From an uncultured delta proteobacterium (GTDB taxonomy: Bacteria > Myxococcota > Myxococcia > Myxococcales > Myxococcaceae): a DNA stretch of 64,000 bases. The stretch is taken from contig CAVZMH010000016.1 in NCBI GenBank assembly GCA_963776345.1, positions 320,001-384,000 on the forward strand. The letters are read 5' to 3'. The notes below the pieces were generated by a model. The model worked only from the letters and a program-made list of their open reading frames with translations. It did not search any database and had not been told where the DNA came from. Each line of letters opens with the position of its first letter. Positions within the stretch are counted from its first letter, which is position 1. Below are positions 1 to 8,572 of this stretch, one piece after another. A program made the translations under genes and the position numbers.

Positions 1-458
1 GGAATCACCGCGCAGCCCAGCGCGTGTGCCGCCGTCTCCACCATCGAGCCGGCCGGGGTGAGATGGTACGAGAAGCTGTTGTGCACCACGTCGCCGGCGT
101 GGAACCCCGCAGCCCTCAGCGCCCTCGCCGCGCGCCAGGGATCCAGGCGACGGGGCTCGAGCTCGTAGACCGCTCCCGCCGACACGAAGAGCTTCGCCGC
201 CTGCGGCGCCGCGACGGCCGAGAATCCTCCGAATGGCGGATCCTCCCGCTGCAGCTCGGCCAGCTCGGACTTCCGGACCAGCCGCAGCCTGGCCAGCGCC
301 CGCCGGTCGGTGACCTCCTCCGGGACCACCGCCGGATCCCGTCGCCGGTAGGCCGGCGCCCGGGCGAAGGCATGGGCGACCACCGCGGGCAACACCTTCA
401 TCAGCGCGCGCTCGCGCTCCTCCGGAGCTCGCCGCTCGCTCGGATCCTCCGTCTCCAT
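1..458 (-). CDS. Phenylacetate-CoA ligase-like (PaaK family) protein, runs off the window edge
   Basis: Manual translation from ATG at 458: METEDPSERRAPEERERALMKVLP...ARALRAAGFHAGDVVHNSFSYHLTPAGSMVETAAHALGCAVIP, typical PaaK-like motif; follows the ABC ATPase. Confidence 0.85.
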   Translation of the reverse strand, partial: METEDPSERRAPEERERALMKVLPAVVAHAFARAPAYRRRDPAVVPEEVTDRRALARLRLVRKSELAELQREDPPFGGFSAVAAPQAAKLFVSAGAVYELEPRRLDPWRAARALRAAGFHAGDVVHNSFSYHLTPAGSMVETAAHALGCAVI

Positions 459-475
459 TCCCCGCCCTCCTCCCC

Positions 476-1303
476 TCAGGCCAGCCAGCGCTTGCGCCGT
501 CGATAGTGCTTCGCGTCCCGGAAGTTCGTCCGCCCTGCCCCGCCGAGGCCGAGATAGAACTCCTTCACGTCCGCGTTGCCGGCCAGGGTCGCGGAATCGC
601 CGTCCATCACCACCCGCCCGGCCTCGAGGATGTACCCGTGGTCGGCGAAGCGCAGCGCGGCCGCCGCGTTCTGCTCGGCGAGGAGGAAGCTCACCCCCTC
701 GCCGCGGTTGAGCGAGCGGACGATGCCCAGGATCTCCTCCACCACCTGGGGCGCCAGACCCATCGACGGCTCGTCGAGCAGGATCAGGGTCGGCCGGGCC
801 ATCAGGGCCCGGCCCACCGCGGTCATCTGCTGCTCCCCGCCCGAGGTGAACCCCGCCATGGCCCGCCGCCGGTCCCGCAGCCGCGGGAAGTAGGCGTAGA
901 CCTTCTCCAGATCCGCGCGGACCTCCCGCCTCGACGCGGCGCGGGTATACGCGCCGGTCAGGAGGTTCTCCTCCACGGTCAGGTGACCAAAGCAGTGCCT
1001 GCCCTCCATCACCTGGATCACCCCCCGGCGGACCAGCTCGGAGGGGGTGAGCCGATCCACCCGGGCACCTCCGAAGAGGATGCTCCCCTTGGTCACCACC
1101 CCCCGCTCGGCGGCGAGCAGGTTGCTCACCGCCTTGAGGGTGGTGGTCTTCCCCGCGCCGTTGCCGCCGAGCAGCGCGACGATCCGCCCCCTCGGCAGCT
1201 CCAGGGACACGCCCCGGAGCACCAGGATGACGTGGTCGTACACCACCTCGATGTTGTTCACCGCGAGCAGCGGCTCGGGCGAGGCGGGGGCGGCGGCGGT
1301 CAC
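476..1303 (-). CDS. Liv-type ABC transporter ATP-binding protein (LivF-like)
   Basis: Walker A GGNGAGKTT, SGGEQQM signature, LLDEPSMGLAP; GTG start at 1303 with GGAG 8 nt upstream. Confidence 0.9.
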   Translation of the reverse strand: MTAAAPASPEPLLAVNNIEVVYDHVILVLRGVSLELPRGRIVALLGGNGAGKTTTLKAVSNLLAAERGVVTKGSILFGGARVDRLTPSELVRRGVIQVMEGRHCFGHLTVEENLLTGAYTRAASRREVRADLEKVYAYFPRLRDRRRAMAGFTSGGEQQMTAVGRALMARPTLILLDEPSMGLAPQVVEEILGIVRSLNRGEGVSFLLAEQNAAAALRFADHGYILEAGRVVMDGDSATLAGNADVKEFYLGLGGAGRTNFRDAKHYRRRKRWLA

Positions 1304-1308
1304 GCGGA

Positions 1309-1548
1309 GTGCTCCGACCGGGGTGTGGTGAGCACAGCGAGGCGGCAGAGACCGAAGCGAGACGGCGCACACGAGGAGCGAGCAGCGGAGGCGTGCTTCG
1401 TGGCAGTGAGCCCCGACGTGCGGCGCGCCGGCGCCGCTCCGCGAGCCTCCCCCTGGTGCGGGGGACGTCGAGCAGCGCAGCGACGAGGCTGCGCGTCGCA
1501 GCGAGAGGATCGGCCGCCGCAGCGATCAGCACACCCCGGTCGGAGCAC
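1309..1548. mobile_element. MITE/REP-like long-hairpin element with perfect 19-bp terminal inverted repeats
   Basis: gtgctccgaccggggtgtg (1309-1327) is the exact reverse complement of cacaccccggtcggagcac (1530-1548); imperfect pairing continues inward. Confidence 0.7.
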
Positions 1549-2880
1549 CTAGGAGCTCTCCTTGCTGCAGTCGCGCTCCTGGATGTTGTTCTCCTTGGCG
1601 TACTTCGCCGCGCTCTCCTCGATGAGGGGACGCACCAGCGCCTTGTCCGCCTGGATCCAGTCGCTGATGACCTTCCACTTGGTCCCGTCCCACTGCTGGA
1701 ACTTCGCCGCGCCGCCGCCCTCATGATCGGCGCAAGTGACCTTGAGCGGCTGGATGAAGTTGGTGGCCCCGAGCGCCGCGATGCGCGCACCATCGAGGTT
1801 CAGGTTCTCCAGCCCCCAGCGGACCTGCTCACCGGTGAGCGGCTTCTTTCCGAACTTGCCCTGGGCCACCCGGATCGCCTCGACGAAGACGATGCTGGTG
1901 AGGACGCCGCGGTTGTAATAGATGCTCCCGATCCGGTGCTTTTCGGTCATGTTGCCCTTCCCGGCGCCGTAGACCACCCGCTCGATCTCCTGGATGACCT
2001 TGAACTCCTTCCCCGGGGGGTTGAGCACCGCGCTGATGTAGCCCTTGGCCGGCGCGCCCACCGGGTCCACGTCTTCCTCCGAGCCGGTCCAGAAGTTCCC
2101 GATGATGTGGTCCATCGGGAAGCCCACCCGGGCCGCGTTCTTCAGCATCGCCGGGTTCATCACTCCCCACCCGCTGACGATCACCCAGTCCGGCTTGAAC
2201 TGCCGGATCTCCAGCCACTGCGCCTGCTGCTCGCTCCCCGGGGCCGGGACCTCGATGATCTTCCCCTCGAAGCCGTACTTCTCGGCCTGCTTCTGGAAGA
2301 CCACGTTGGGCTCCTTGCCGTACGCGCTCCCGTGGTGGAGGTGGACGATCTTCTTGCCCTTCAGCTTCGCCAGGCCTCCCTCGCGCTGGCCGATGTACCG
2401 GACGATGTCCGTGTTCAGGCTCCAGTAGGTGGTGAAGAGCGGGAAGACGTAGGGGAAGAACCGCCCGTCGGCGGCGTCGGTCCGGCCGTGGGCGATGGTG
2501 ACCAGCGGGATCTTGTCCTGGGCGACCTTGGAGATGAGCGCGTAGGAGATGCCAGTGCTGTAGAAGGTGAACATCGCCGCGCCGGTGGGCCCCTTGGCCT
2601 TGAGCCGCTCGTAGCACTCGACGCCGCGGTCGGGCTTGTACTCGGTCTCGCACTCCTCCCAGGTCAGCTTGACCCCGTTGATCCCTCCGTCGCGCATGTT
2701 GATCAGGTTCATGTAGTCGATCATCCCGCCGTAGAGGCTGGTGCCTCCGGCGGCGTAGGGTCCGATCCGGTAGCTGGGCATCGGAATGAACTGCTCGTTC
2801 TGCGCCTGCACCGGCGCCGCCCACACCAGGGCCAGGGCCGATGCCGCCCCCAGCCACCACCCTCGTCTCGTCGTCCGCAT
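1549..2880 (-). CDS. Liv-type ABC transporter substrate-binding protein
   Basis: Signal peptide (..APVQA), INMRDGGINGVKL, ECETEY..RGVECYERLK, TCADHEGGG motifs; operon context. Confidence 0.9.
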   Translation of the reverse strand: MRTTRRGWWLGAASALALVWAAPVQAQNEQFIPMPSYRIGPYAAGGTSLYGGMIDYMNLINMRDGGINGVKLTWEECETEYKPDRGVECYERLKAKGPTGAAMFTFYSTGISYALISKVAQDKIPLVTIAHGRTDAADGRFFPYVFPLFTTYWSLNTDIVRYIGQREGGLAKLKGKKIVHLHHGSAYGKEPNVVFQKQAEKYGFEGKIIEVPAPGSEQQAQWLEIRQFKPDWVIVSGWGVMNPAMLKNAARVGFPMDHIIGNFWTGSEEDVDPVGAPAKGYISAVLNPPGKEFKVIQEIERVVYGAGKGNMTEKHRIGSIYYNRGVLTSIVFVEAIRVAQGKFGKKPLTGEQVRWGLENLNLDGARIAALGATNFIQPLKVTCADHEGGGAAKFQQWDGTKWKVISDWIQADKALVRPLIEESAAKYAKENNIQERDCSKESS

Positions 2881-2895
2881 GTCTGCCTCCCTAGT

Positions 2896-3963
2896 TCAAT
2901 GAGGAAACGGCCACAGCCGGAGCTTTTCCTTGCCGATCTGCCAGAGCCGGGCGAACCCGCGGGGCTCGGCGATGAGGAAGACGATGATCAGCGCGCCGAA
3001 GCACACCAGCTCGAGCTGGCTGAGCAGCCCCGGCCGCACATCGCCGCGCACCATGACGTGGAACATCCAGTTCAGGAGCAGCGGGAAGAGGGTGATGAAG
3101 GCCGACCCGAGGAACGCGCCCATCACCGTTCCCAGGCCTCCGATGATCACCATGAAGAGAATCTGGAGCGATCGCTGCAGATCGAACGCCTGCGGCTCGA
3201 CCGTGCCCAGGTAGGCGAACGCCCAGAGCGCGCCGGACACCCCGCAGTAGAACGAGCTCAGGCCGAAGGCGAGCAGCTTGGTCCGGAGGATCGGAATGCC
3301 GATGACCTCCGCGGCGACATCCATGTCCCGCACCGCCATCCACGAGCGGCCGATGCGGGAGCGGGAGAGGTTCTTCGCCACCAGCGCCAGCAGGCTCACG
3401 ATGGAGAGCACCAGGAGGTAGCGCCGCACCGGCGTCTCGATCGGGACGCCGGCGATCACCATCCGCTGCGCAGTGATGACCCCGGAGCTGGAGTAGTTGC
3501 TGAACCAGCCCACCTTGGTGAAGAGCCAGTCGACGAAGAACTGCGCGGCCAGGGTCGCCACCGCCAGGTAGAAGCCCTTGATCCGCAGCGAGGGCAGCCC
3601 GAAGACCAGGCCCACCCCGGCGCTGATCACTCCGGCCAGCATGAAGGTCACCAGCAGCGGGAGCCAGGGCAGCCTCAGCTGGAGGTTGTAGGCGGCGAAG
3701 GCGCCCACCGACATGAAGGCCGCCGTTCCGAGGCTGAACTGTCCGGCGTATCCGGTGAGGATGTTCAGCCCCAGCGCGGCCAGGGCCAGCACCAGCATCG
3801 GGATCAACAGCGCGGTCAGCGCGTATTCTGAGGCGAGGAGCGGCACCAGCACGAAGGCCGCGGCGAGGAGCAGGACCATCCCCACCCGATCCTGGGTGAT
3901 GGGGAAGATCCGCTGGTCGGCGGAGTAGGTCGTCCGGAACTGTCCCGCTTCCCGGTAGATCAC
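2896..3963 (-). CDS. Liv-type ABC permease (LivM-like)
   Basis: GLNILTGYAGQFSLG, PSLRIKGFYLAVATLA, multiple TM helices. Confidence 0.92.
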   Translation of the reverse strand: MIYREAGQFRTTYSADQRIFPITQDRVGMVLLLAAAFVLVPLLASEYALTALLIPMLVLALAALGLNILTGYAGQFSLGTAAFMSVGAFAAYNLQLRLPWLPLLVTFMLAGVISAGVGLVFGLPSLRIKGFYLAVATLAAQFFVDWLFTKVGWFSNYSSSGVITAQRMVIAGVPIETPVRRYLLVLSIVSLLALVAKNLSRSRIGRSWMAVRDMDVAAEVIGIPILRTKLLAFGLSSFYCGVSGALWAFAYLGTVEPQAFDLQRSLQILFMVIIGGLGTVMGAFLGSAFITLFPLLLNWMFHVMVRGDVRPGLLSQLELVCFGALIIVFLIAEPRGFARLWQIGKEKLRLWPFPH

Positions 3964-3964
3964 G

Positions 3965-4846
3965 TCACACCCGCTCGATCCGCTTCTCGCCGAACAGCCC
4001 GTCGGGGCGGACCAGGAGGAAGAGCAGCGCCAGCACGTAGGGGAACCAGTTCTCGATTCCCCCTCCGATGATCGGCCCCAGGTACACCTCGGCCACCTTC
4101 TCCGACGCCCCCACCATCAGCCCCCCCACGATGGCCCCGGCGATGGAGGTGAAGCCACCGAGGATGATGACCGGCAGTGCCTTCAGCGCCACCTGGGTCA
4201 GGGCAAACTGGACGCCCAGCCGGCTGCCCCAGAGGAGCCCGGTGACCAGCGCCACCGCCCCTGCCGCCGCCCACACCAGCGCCCAGATTCGCTCCAGGGG
4301 AATGCCCACGCTCAGCGCCGCCTGGTGATCGTCCGCCACGGCCCGCAGCGCCCGACCGACGCGCGTCCGCTGGAAGAAGAAGGCCAGCGCCAGCACCAGC
4401 GCTCCGGCCGTCGCCGACGCCACCAGGTCGAACTTGGAGATCAGGACTCCTTTCACCTCCAGGGGCGTGTCCGGGATTCCCAGATCCAGCCCCCGCACCA
4501 CGCTCCCCCACACCGCCTGCGAGACGCCCTCGAGCACGAAGGTCAAGCCGATGGTGGCCATGAAGAGGCTGATCTGCGGCTGGTTCACCAGCGGCCGGAG
4601 CACGAGGCGTTCGGTCAACAGCGCGAAGACGATCATCGCCGCCAGCGCCGCCGGGAAGGCCGCCCACCCGCTCCAGCCCATGTCCACCAGCCCGGCGTAG
4701 GTGGTGGCGGCAGCGAGGACCATCGCCCCCTGGGCAAAGTTGAAGACGCCGCTGGCCTTGAAGATGAGCACGAAGCCGAGCGCCACCAGCGAGTACATCA
4801 CCCCGGCCAGAAGGCCGCCGACCAGCACCTCGACGAAGAAGGCCAT
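3965..4846 (-). CDS. Liv-type ABC permease (LivH-like)
   Basis: YSLVALGFVLIFKASGVFNFAQG, RPDGLFG. Confidence 0.92.
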   Translation of the reverse strand: MAFFVEVLVGGLLAGVMYSLVALGFVLIFKASGVFNFAQGAMVLAAATTYAGLVDMGWSGWAAFPAALAAMIVFALLTERLVLRPLVNQPQISLFMATIGLTFVLEGVSQAVWGSVVRGLDLGIPDTPLEVKGVLISKFDLVASATAGALVLALAFFFQRTRVGRALRAVADDHQAALSVGIPLERIWALVWAAAGAVALVTGLLWGSRLGVQFALTQVALKALPVIILGGFTSIAGAIVGGLMVGASEKVAEVYLGPIIGGGIENWFPYVLALLFLLVRPDGLFGEKRIERV

Positions 4847-5664
4847 CAGCCAGCCTCCTTCAGGGCGCGGTCATCGGCCGTGGTGGGGACGCCGAGGTAG
4901 GCGGCGATCACCTCCGGATTGGCGCGGACCTCGGCCGGAGCCCCGTCGGCGATCTTCCGCCCATAGTCGAGGACCACCACCCGGTCGGCGATGTCCATCA
5001 CCACCGCCATGTCGTGCTCGATGAGCGCCACCGTCACCCCCAGCTCGTCGTTGGCGTCGAGGATGAAGCGGCACATGTCCTGCTTCTCCTCGATGTTCAT
5101 CCCCGCCATCGGCTCGTCCAGGAGGAGCAGCCGGGGCTCGGCGGCCAGCGCGCGGGCCAGCTCCACCCGCTTCTGCAGCCCGTAGGGAAGCCGACCCACC
5201 GGGGTCCGGCGAACGTGCTCGATCTGCAGGAAGTCGATGATCTGCTCGACCCGGGCGCGGTGCTCCAGCTCCTCGCGCTCCGCCGGGCCCCAGTACAGCG
5301 CTTGCCACAGCATCCCCCGTCTCATCTTCAGGGCCCGGCCGGTCATCACGTTGTCCAGCACCGACATCCCCTTGAACAGGGCGATGTTCTGGAAGGTGCG
5401 GGCGATGCCGTGCTCGGCGGCGTGGTGCGGGCGCATGGCCCGGCGGGTCTCGCCGGCATAGGTGATGGTTCCCGCGTCCGGGGCATAGACCCCGTTGATC
5501 ACGTTGAGCAGGCTCGACTTCCCTGCCCCGTTGGGGCCGATGATCGCGCAGATCTCGCCCTCGTGGACGTGGAAGTCGACGTCGCGGAGGGCGTGGACGC
5601 CGCCGAAGCGCAGCGAGACGCCCCGGACCTCGAGCAGCAGCGGGCCGGGCACCTTCCCGTGCAT
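4846..5664 (-). CDS. Liv-type ABC ATP-binding protein (LivG-like)
   Basis: GPNGAGKSS, ARTFQNIALF, LPYGLQKRVELARAL, LLDEP, VIAAYLG. Confidence 0.92.
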   Translation of the reverse strand: MHGKVPGPLLLEVRGVSLRFGGVHALRDVDFHVHEGEICAIIGPNGAGKSSLLNVINGVYAPDAGTITYAGETRRAMRPHHAAEHGIARTFQNIALFKGMSVLDNVMTGRALKMRRGMLWQALYWGPAEREELEHRARVEQIIDFLQIEHVRRTPVGRLPYGLQKRVELARALAAEPRLLLLDEPMAGMNIEEKQDMCRFILDANDELGVTVALIEHDMAVVMDIADRVVVLDYGRKIADGAPAEVRANPEVIAAYLGVPTTADDRALKEAG

Positions 5665-7610
5665 CAGGCCGCCCTCCTCGCCTCGTCGAGATCGACGGTG
5701 AGCGCCTCCAGGATCGGCAGATCCGCGCGCATCAGTCCGGTTCGCCCATCCTCGAAGCGGACCTGCGTCTCGACGTGGATGCGCGGCTCTCCGGAGTACA
5801 GCGCCTCCACCAGGGGGGCGTACTTCTCGGCGATGAAGCCGCGGCGGACCTTGCGGGTACGGGTCAGCTCACCGTCGTCCGCATCCAGCTCCTTGTGCAG
5901 CACCAGGAACCGATGGATCTGCGAGCCACGGAGCCGGGGATCGCGGGCCAGGTCGGCGTTCACCTGCTCCACACAGCCGCGGATCAGATCGTGGACCGGC
6001 CGCTGGCCGGCGAGATCGGCGTAGCCGGAGTACGGCAGGCTTCGCCGCTCGGCCCAGTTCCCCACCGCCGCCAGGTCGATGCACACGAACGCCGCGGCGA
6101 AGGCGCGGCGGTCTCCGAAGGCCACCGCCTCCTTGATGAAGGGGAAGAACTTCAGCTTGTTCTCCAGGTACTTCGGCGCGAACAGGGTGCCGTCCTGGAG
6201 CCGGCCGACGTCGCGCGCGCGGTCGATGATCCGGAGGTGTCCGTCCTCGTCGAAGAAGCCCGCATCCCCGGTGCGGAAGTACCCATCGGGGGTCATGGAC
6301 TCCGCGGTGGCCGCCTCGGCCCGGAAGTAGCCATGAAAGACACCGGGGCTCCGGACCTGGACCTCCCCGGCCTCGGAGATCCGCACCTCGACGTCGGTGG
6401 CCGGCGTTCCGACCGACTCGGGCTTCACCTGCCCGTTCGGCTGGATGCAGACGAAGACCGAGGTCTCGGTGCTCCCGTAGAGCTGTTTGAGATTGACCCC
6501 CAGCGACCGGTAGAACTGGAACAGATCGGGGCCGATCGCCTCGCCCGCGGTGTACGCGACGCGGATCCGGCTGAAGCCCAGGACGTTCCGCAGCGGGCCG
6601 TAGATCAGCAGATCCCCCAGCGCGTAGGCGAACCGCGCCCCGAGCGGAACTGGTTTCCCGTCGAGGATCGCCGGGCCCCAGCGTCGGGCCACCGCCATGC
6701 AGCGCGCATAGAGCCAGCGCTTGAACCGCGAGGCGTCCTCCATCCGGATCGACACCTGGGTGAGGAGGTTCTCCAGCACCCGCGGCGGGGCGAAGAAGTA
6801 GGTCGGGCCGATCTCCCGGATGTCGGTGAGCACGGTGTCCGGGCTCTCGGGGCAGCTCACGCAGAACCCGGCCACATGGCCCTGGCCGTAGCTGAAGAGG
6901 TTGTCGCCCACCCAGGCCATCGGGAGGTAGGCGAGCACCTCCTCGTCCGCGGTGAGCCGCTCCCGATGGATGCCGCCCTGACCGGTGACGATCAGGTTGT
7001 CGTGGGTGAGCATCACGCCCTTCGGCGTCCCGGTGGTCCCGGAGGTGTAGAGCATGATCGCCACGTCGCTTGCCTGCCCCTGCTCCACCTCGGCGGCGAA
7101 GAAGTCCGGGCGGGTTCGCTCGAAGTCGCGGCCGGCAGCCTGGACGTCCTCGTACGCTCGAAGCTGCGTCCGGTCGTAGTGCCGGAGGCCGCGCGGATCG
7201 TCGTAGACGATCATCTCGAGTCGCGGGCAGCGCGACTTCACCTCCAGGAGCTTGTCCACCTGTTCCTGGTCCTCGACGATGGCGATGCGAACGTCGGCGT
7301 TGGTGAGGACGTAGGCCATCTCCTCCGCGACGGCGTCCTGGTAGAGCGGAACCGGGATGGCCCCCAGCGCCTGCGCGGCGTCCATGGCCCAGTAGAGCCG
7401 GGGACGATTGTCGCCCACGATGGCCAGCGTCTCGCCGCGGCGGAGACCCAGGGTGTGGAGCCCGCAGGCGAGGCTCTGGACCTGCTCGAGCGCCTGCGTC
7501 CAGGAGTAGGTCTGCCAGATGCCGCGGTCCTTCTCCCGGATCGCCGGCCGGTCACCCCGCTGACGCGCGTGCTCGATGAGCAGTCGCGGAAACGTGTCCG
7601 GCGCCGGCAT
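5664..7610 (-). CDS. Long-chain fatty acid-CoA ligase (AMP-binding)
   Basis: YTSGTTGTPKG AMP motif, YGSTE, FRTGDAG, ELTRTRKVRR. Confidence 0.92.
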   Translation of the reverse strand: MPAPDTFPRLLIEHARQRGDRPAIREKDRGIWQTYSWTQALEQVQSLACGLHTLGLRRGETLAIVGDNRPRLYWAMDAAQALGAIPVPLYQDAVAEEMAYVLTNADVRIAIVEDQEQVDKLLEVKSRCPRLEMIVYDDPRGLRHYDRTQLRAYEDVQAAGRDFERTRPDFFAAEVEQGQASDVAIMLYTSGTTGTPKGVMLTHDNLIVTGQGGIHRERLTADEEVLAYLPMAWVGDNLFSYGQGHVAGFCVSCPESPDTVLTDIREIGPTYFFAPPRVLENLLTQVSIRMEDASRFKRWLYARCMAVARRWGPAILDGKPVPLGARFAYALGDLLIYGPLRNVLGFSRIRVAYTAGEAIGPDLFQFYRSLGVNLKQLYGSTETSVFVCIQPNGQVKPESVGTPATDVEVRISEAGEVQVRSPGVFHGYFRAEAATAESMTPDGYFRTGDAGFFDEDGHLRIIDRARDVGRLQDGTLFAPKYLENKLKFFPFIKEAVAFGDRRAFAAAFVCIDLAAVGNWAERRSLPYSGYADLAGQRPVHDLIRGCVEQVNADLARDPRLRGSQIHRFLVLHKELDADDGELTRTRKVRRGFIAEKYAPLVEALYSGEPRIHVETQVRFEDGRTGLMRADLPILEALTVDLDEARRAA

Positions 7611-7799
7611 CGTCCCTCCCGCCCAGGCTCGCGAGGACGGGCCTGTCCTCCCGCCGTGGCTCGCGGCGCCGGGGCATCCTAGGAGGGCGGCCCGGTTCGA
7701 TCCACGGTCCGGAGCGGGCCCCGGCGCTCGCGCGAAACCTCTTCGCCGCAGAGCGTCATTCCGCCGAGCCGGCGCGACGGTGCGCCGTCCTCCCTCTCC

Positions 7800-8570
7800 T
7801 CAGCGCACCGGCCCCGCGCCGGCGAGCCCGCGCAGATGCCCGAGCACCGCCTCCAGACCCTCGGGCCGGGTGTACAGGTCCACCGGCCCGGCGAAGAGCC
7901 CGTCGGCGATGAGGCGCGCCACCTCCTGCACCGGCTGCGCGCCGGGCAGGCTGCGCGAGTCCGGGCCACCGCCGACCGCGTTGTTCCCGAACTCCGTCGC
8001 CACCACCCCGGGGAGCACCAGCACCACCCGGATGCCCGGGAAGTCCTTCGCCAACTCGGCCCGCAGGGCCTCGGTCAGCGCGTTCAGCGCCGCCTTCGAC
8101 GCGCTGTACGCCGCGCGGAAGGTCGCCAGCGGCATCCGCGAGAGCATCGACGAGACGTTCACCAGCACGCCCTGCCGCCGGTGCTTGAAGTGCGGCAGCA
8201 CCACCTGCATCCCGTAGAGCGCCGAACGGGTGTTGTCCCGCACCATCGTCTCGAGATCCTGGTCGGTGATGGCCTCGATCGACGGCCGGGTGATGCCCCG
8301 GCCGGCGTTGTTCACCCAGACGTCCACCCCGCCGAAGCGCGCCACCGCCCGCTCCAGCACCCGCTCCACGTCCGCGCGCCGGGTCATGTCGCCGGGCACG
8401 ACCTCGGCCGGGCCGCCCAAGGTCGCCGCCATCTCGCGGAGCAGCTCCTCGCGCCGCGCGGTGAGCACCAGCGAGGCGTGGCGACCGGCGAGCTCGTGGG
8501 CCAGCGCGGCGCCGATGCCCGCGCTCGCCCCGGTGATGACCACCACCGGCCCGCTGGATTCCCCGGCCAT
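7800..8570 (-). CDS. Short-chain dehydrogenase/reductase
   Basis: TGASAGIG, NNAG, catalytic YSASK. Confidence 0.92.
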   Translation of the reverse strand: MAGESSGPVVVITGASAGIGAALAHELAGRHASLVLTARREELLREMAATLGGPAEVVPGDMTRRADVERVLERAVARFGGVDVWVNNAGRGITRPSIEAITDQDLETMVRDNTRSALYGMQVVLPHFKHRRQGVLVNVSSMLSRMPLATFRAAYSASKAALNALTEALRAELAKDFPGIRVVLVLPGVVATEFGNNAVGGGPDSRSLPGAQPVQEVARLIADGLFAGPVDLYTRPEGLEAVLGHLRGLAGAGPVR

Positions 8571-8572
8571 GA

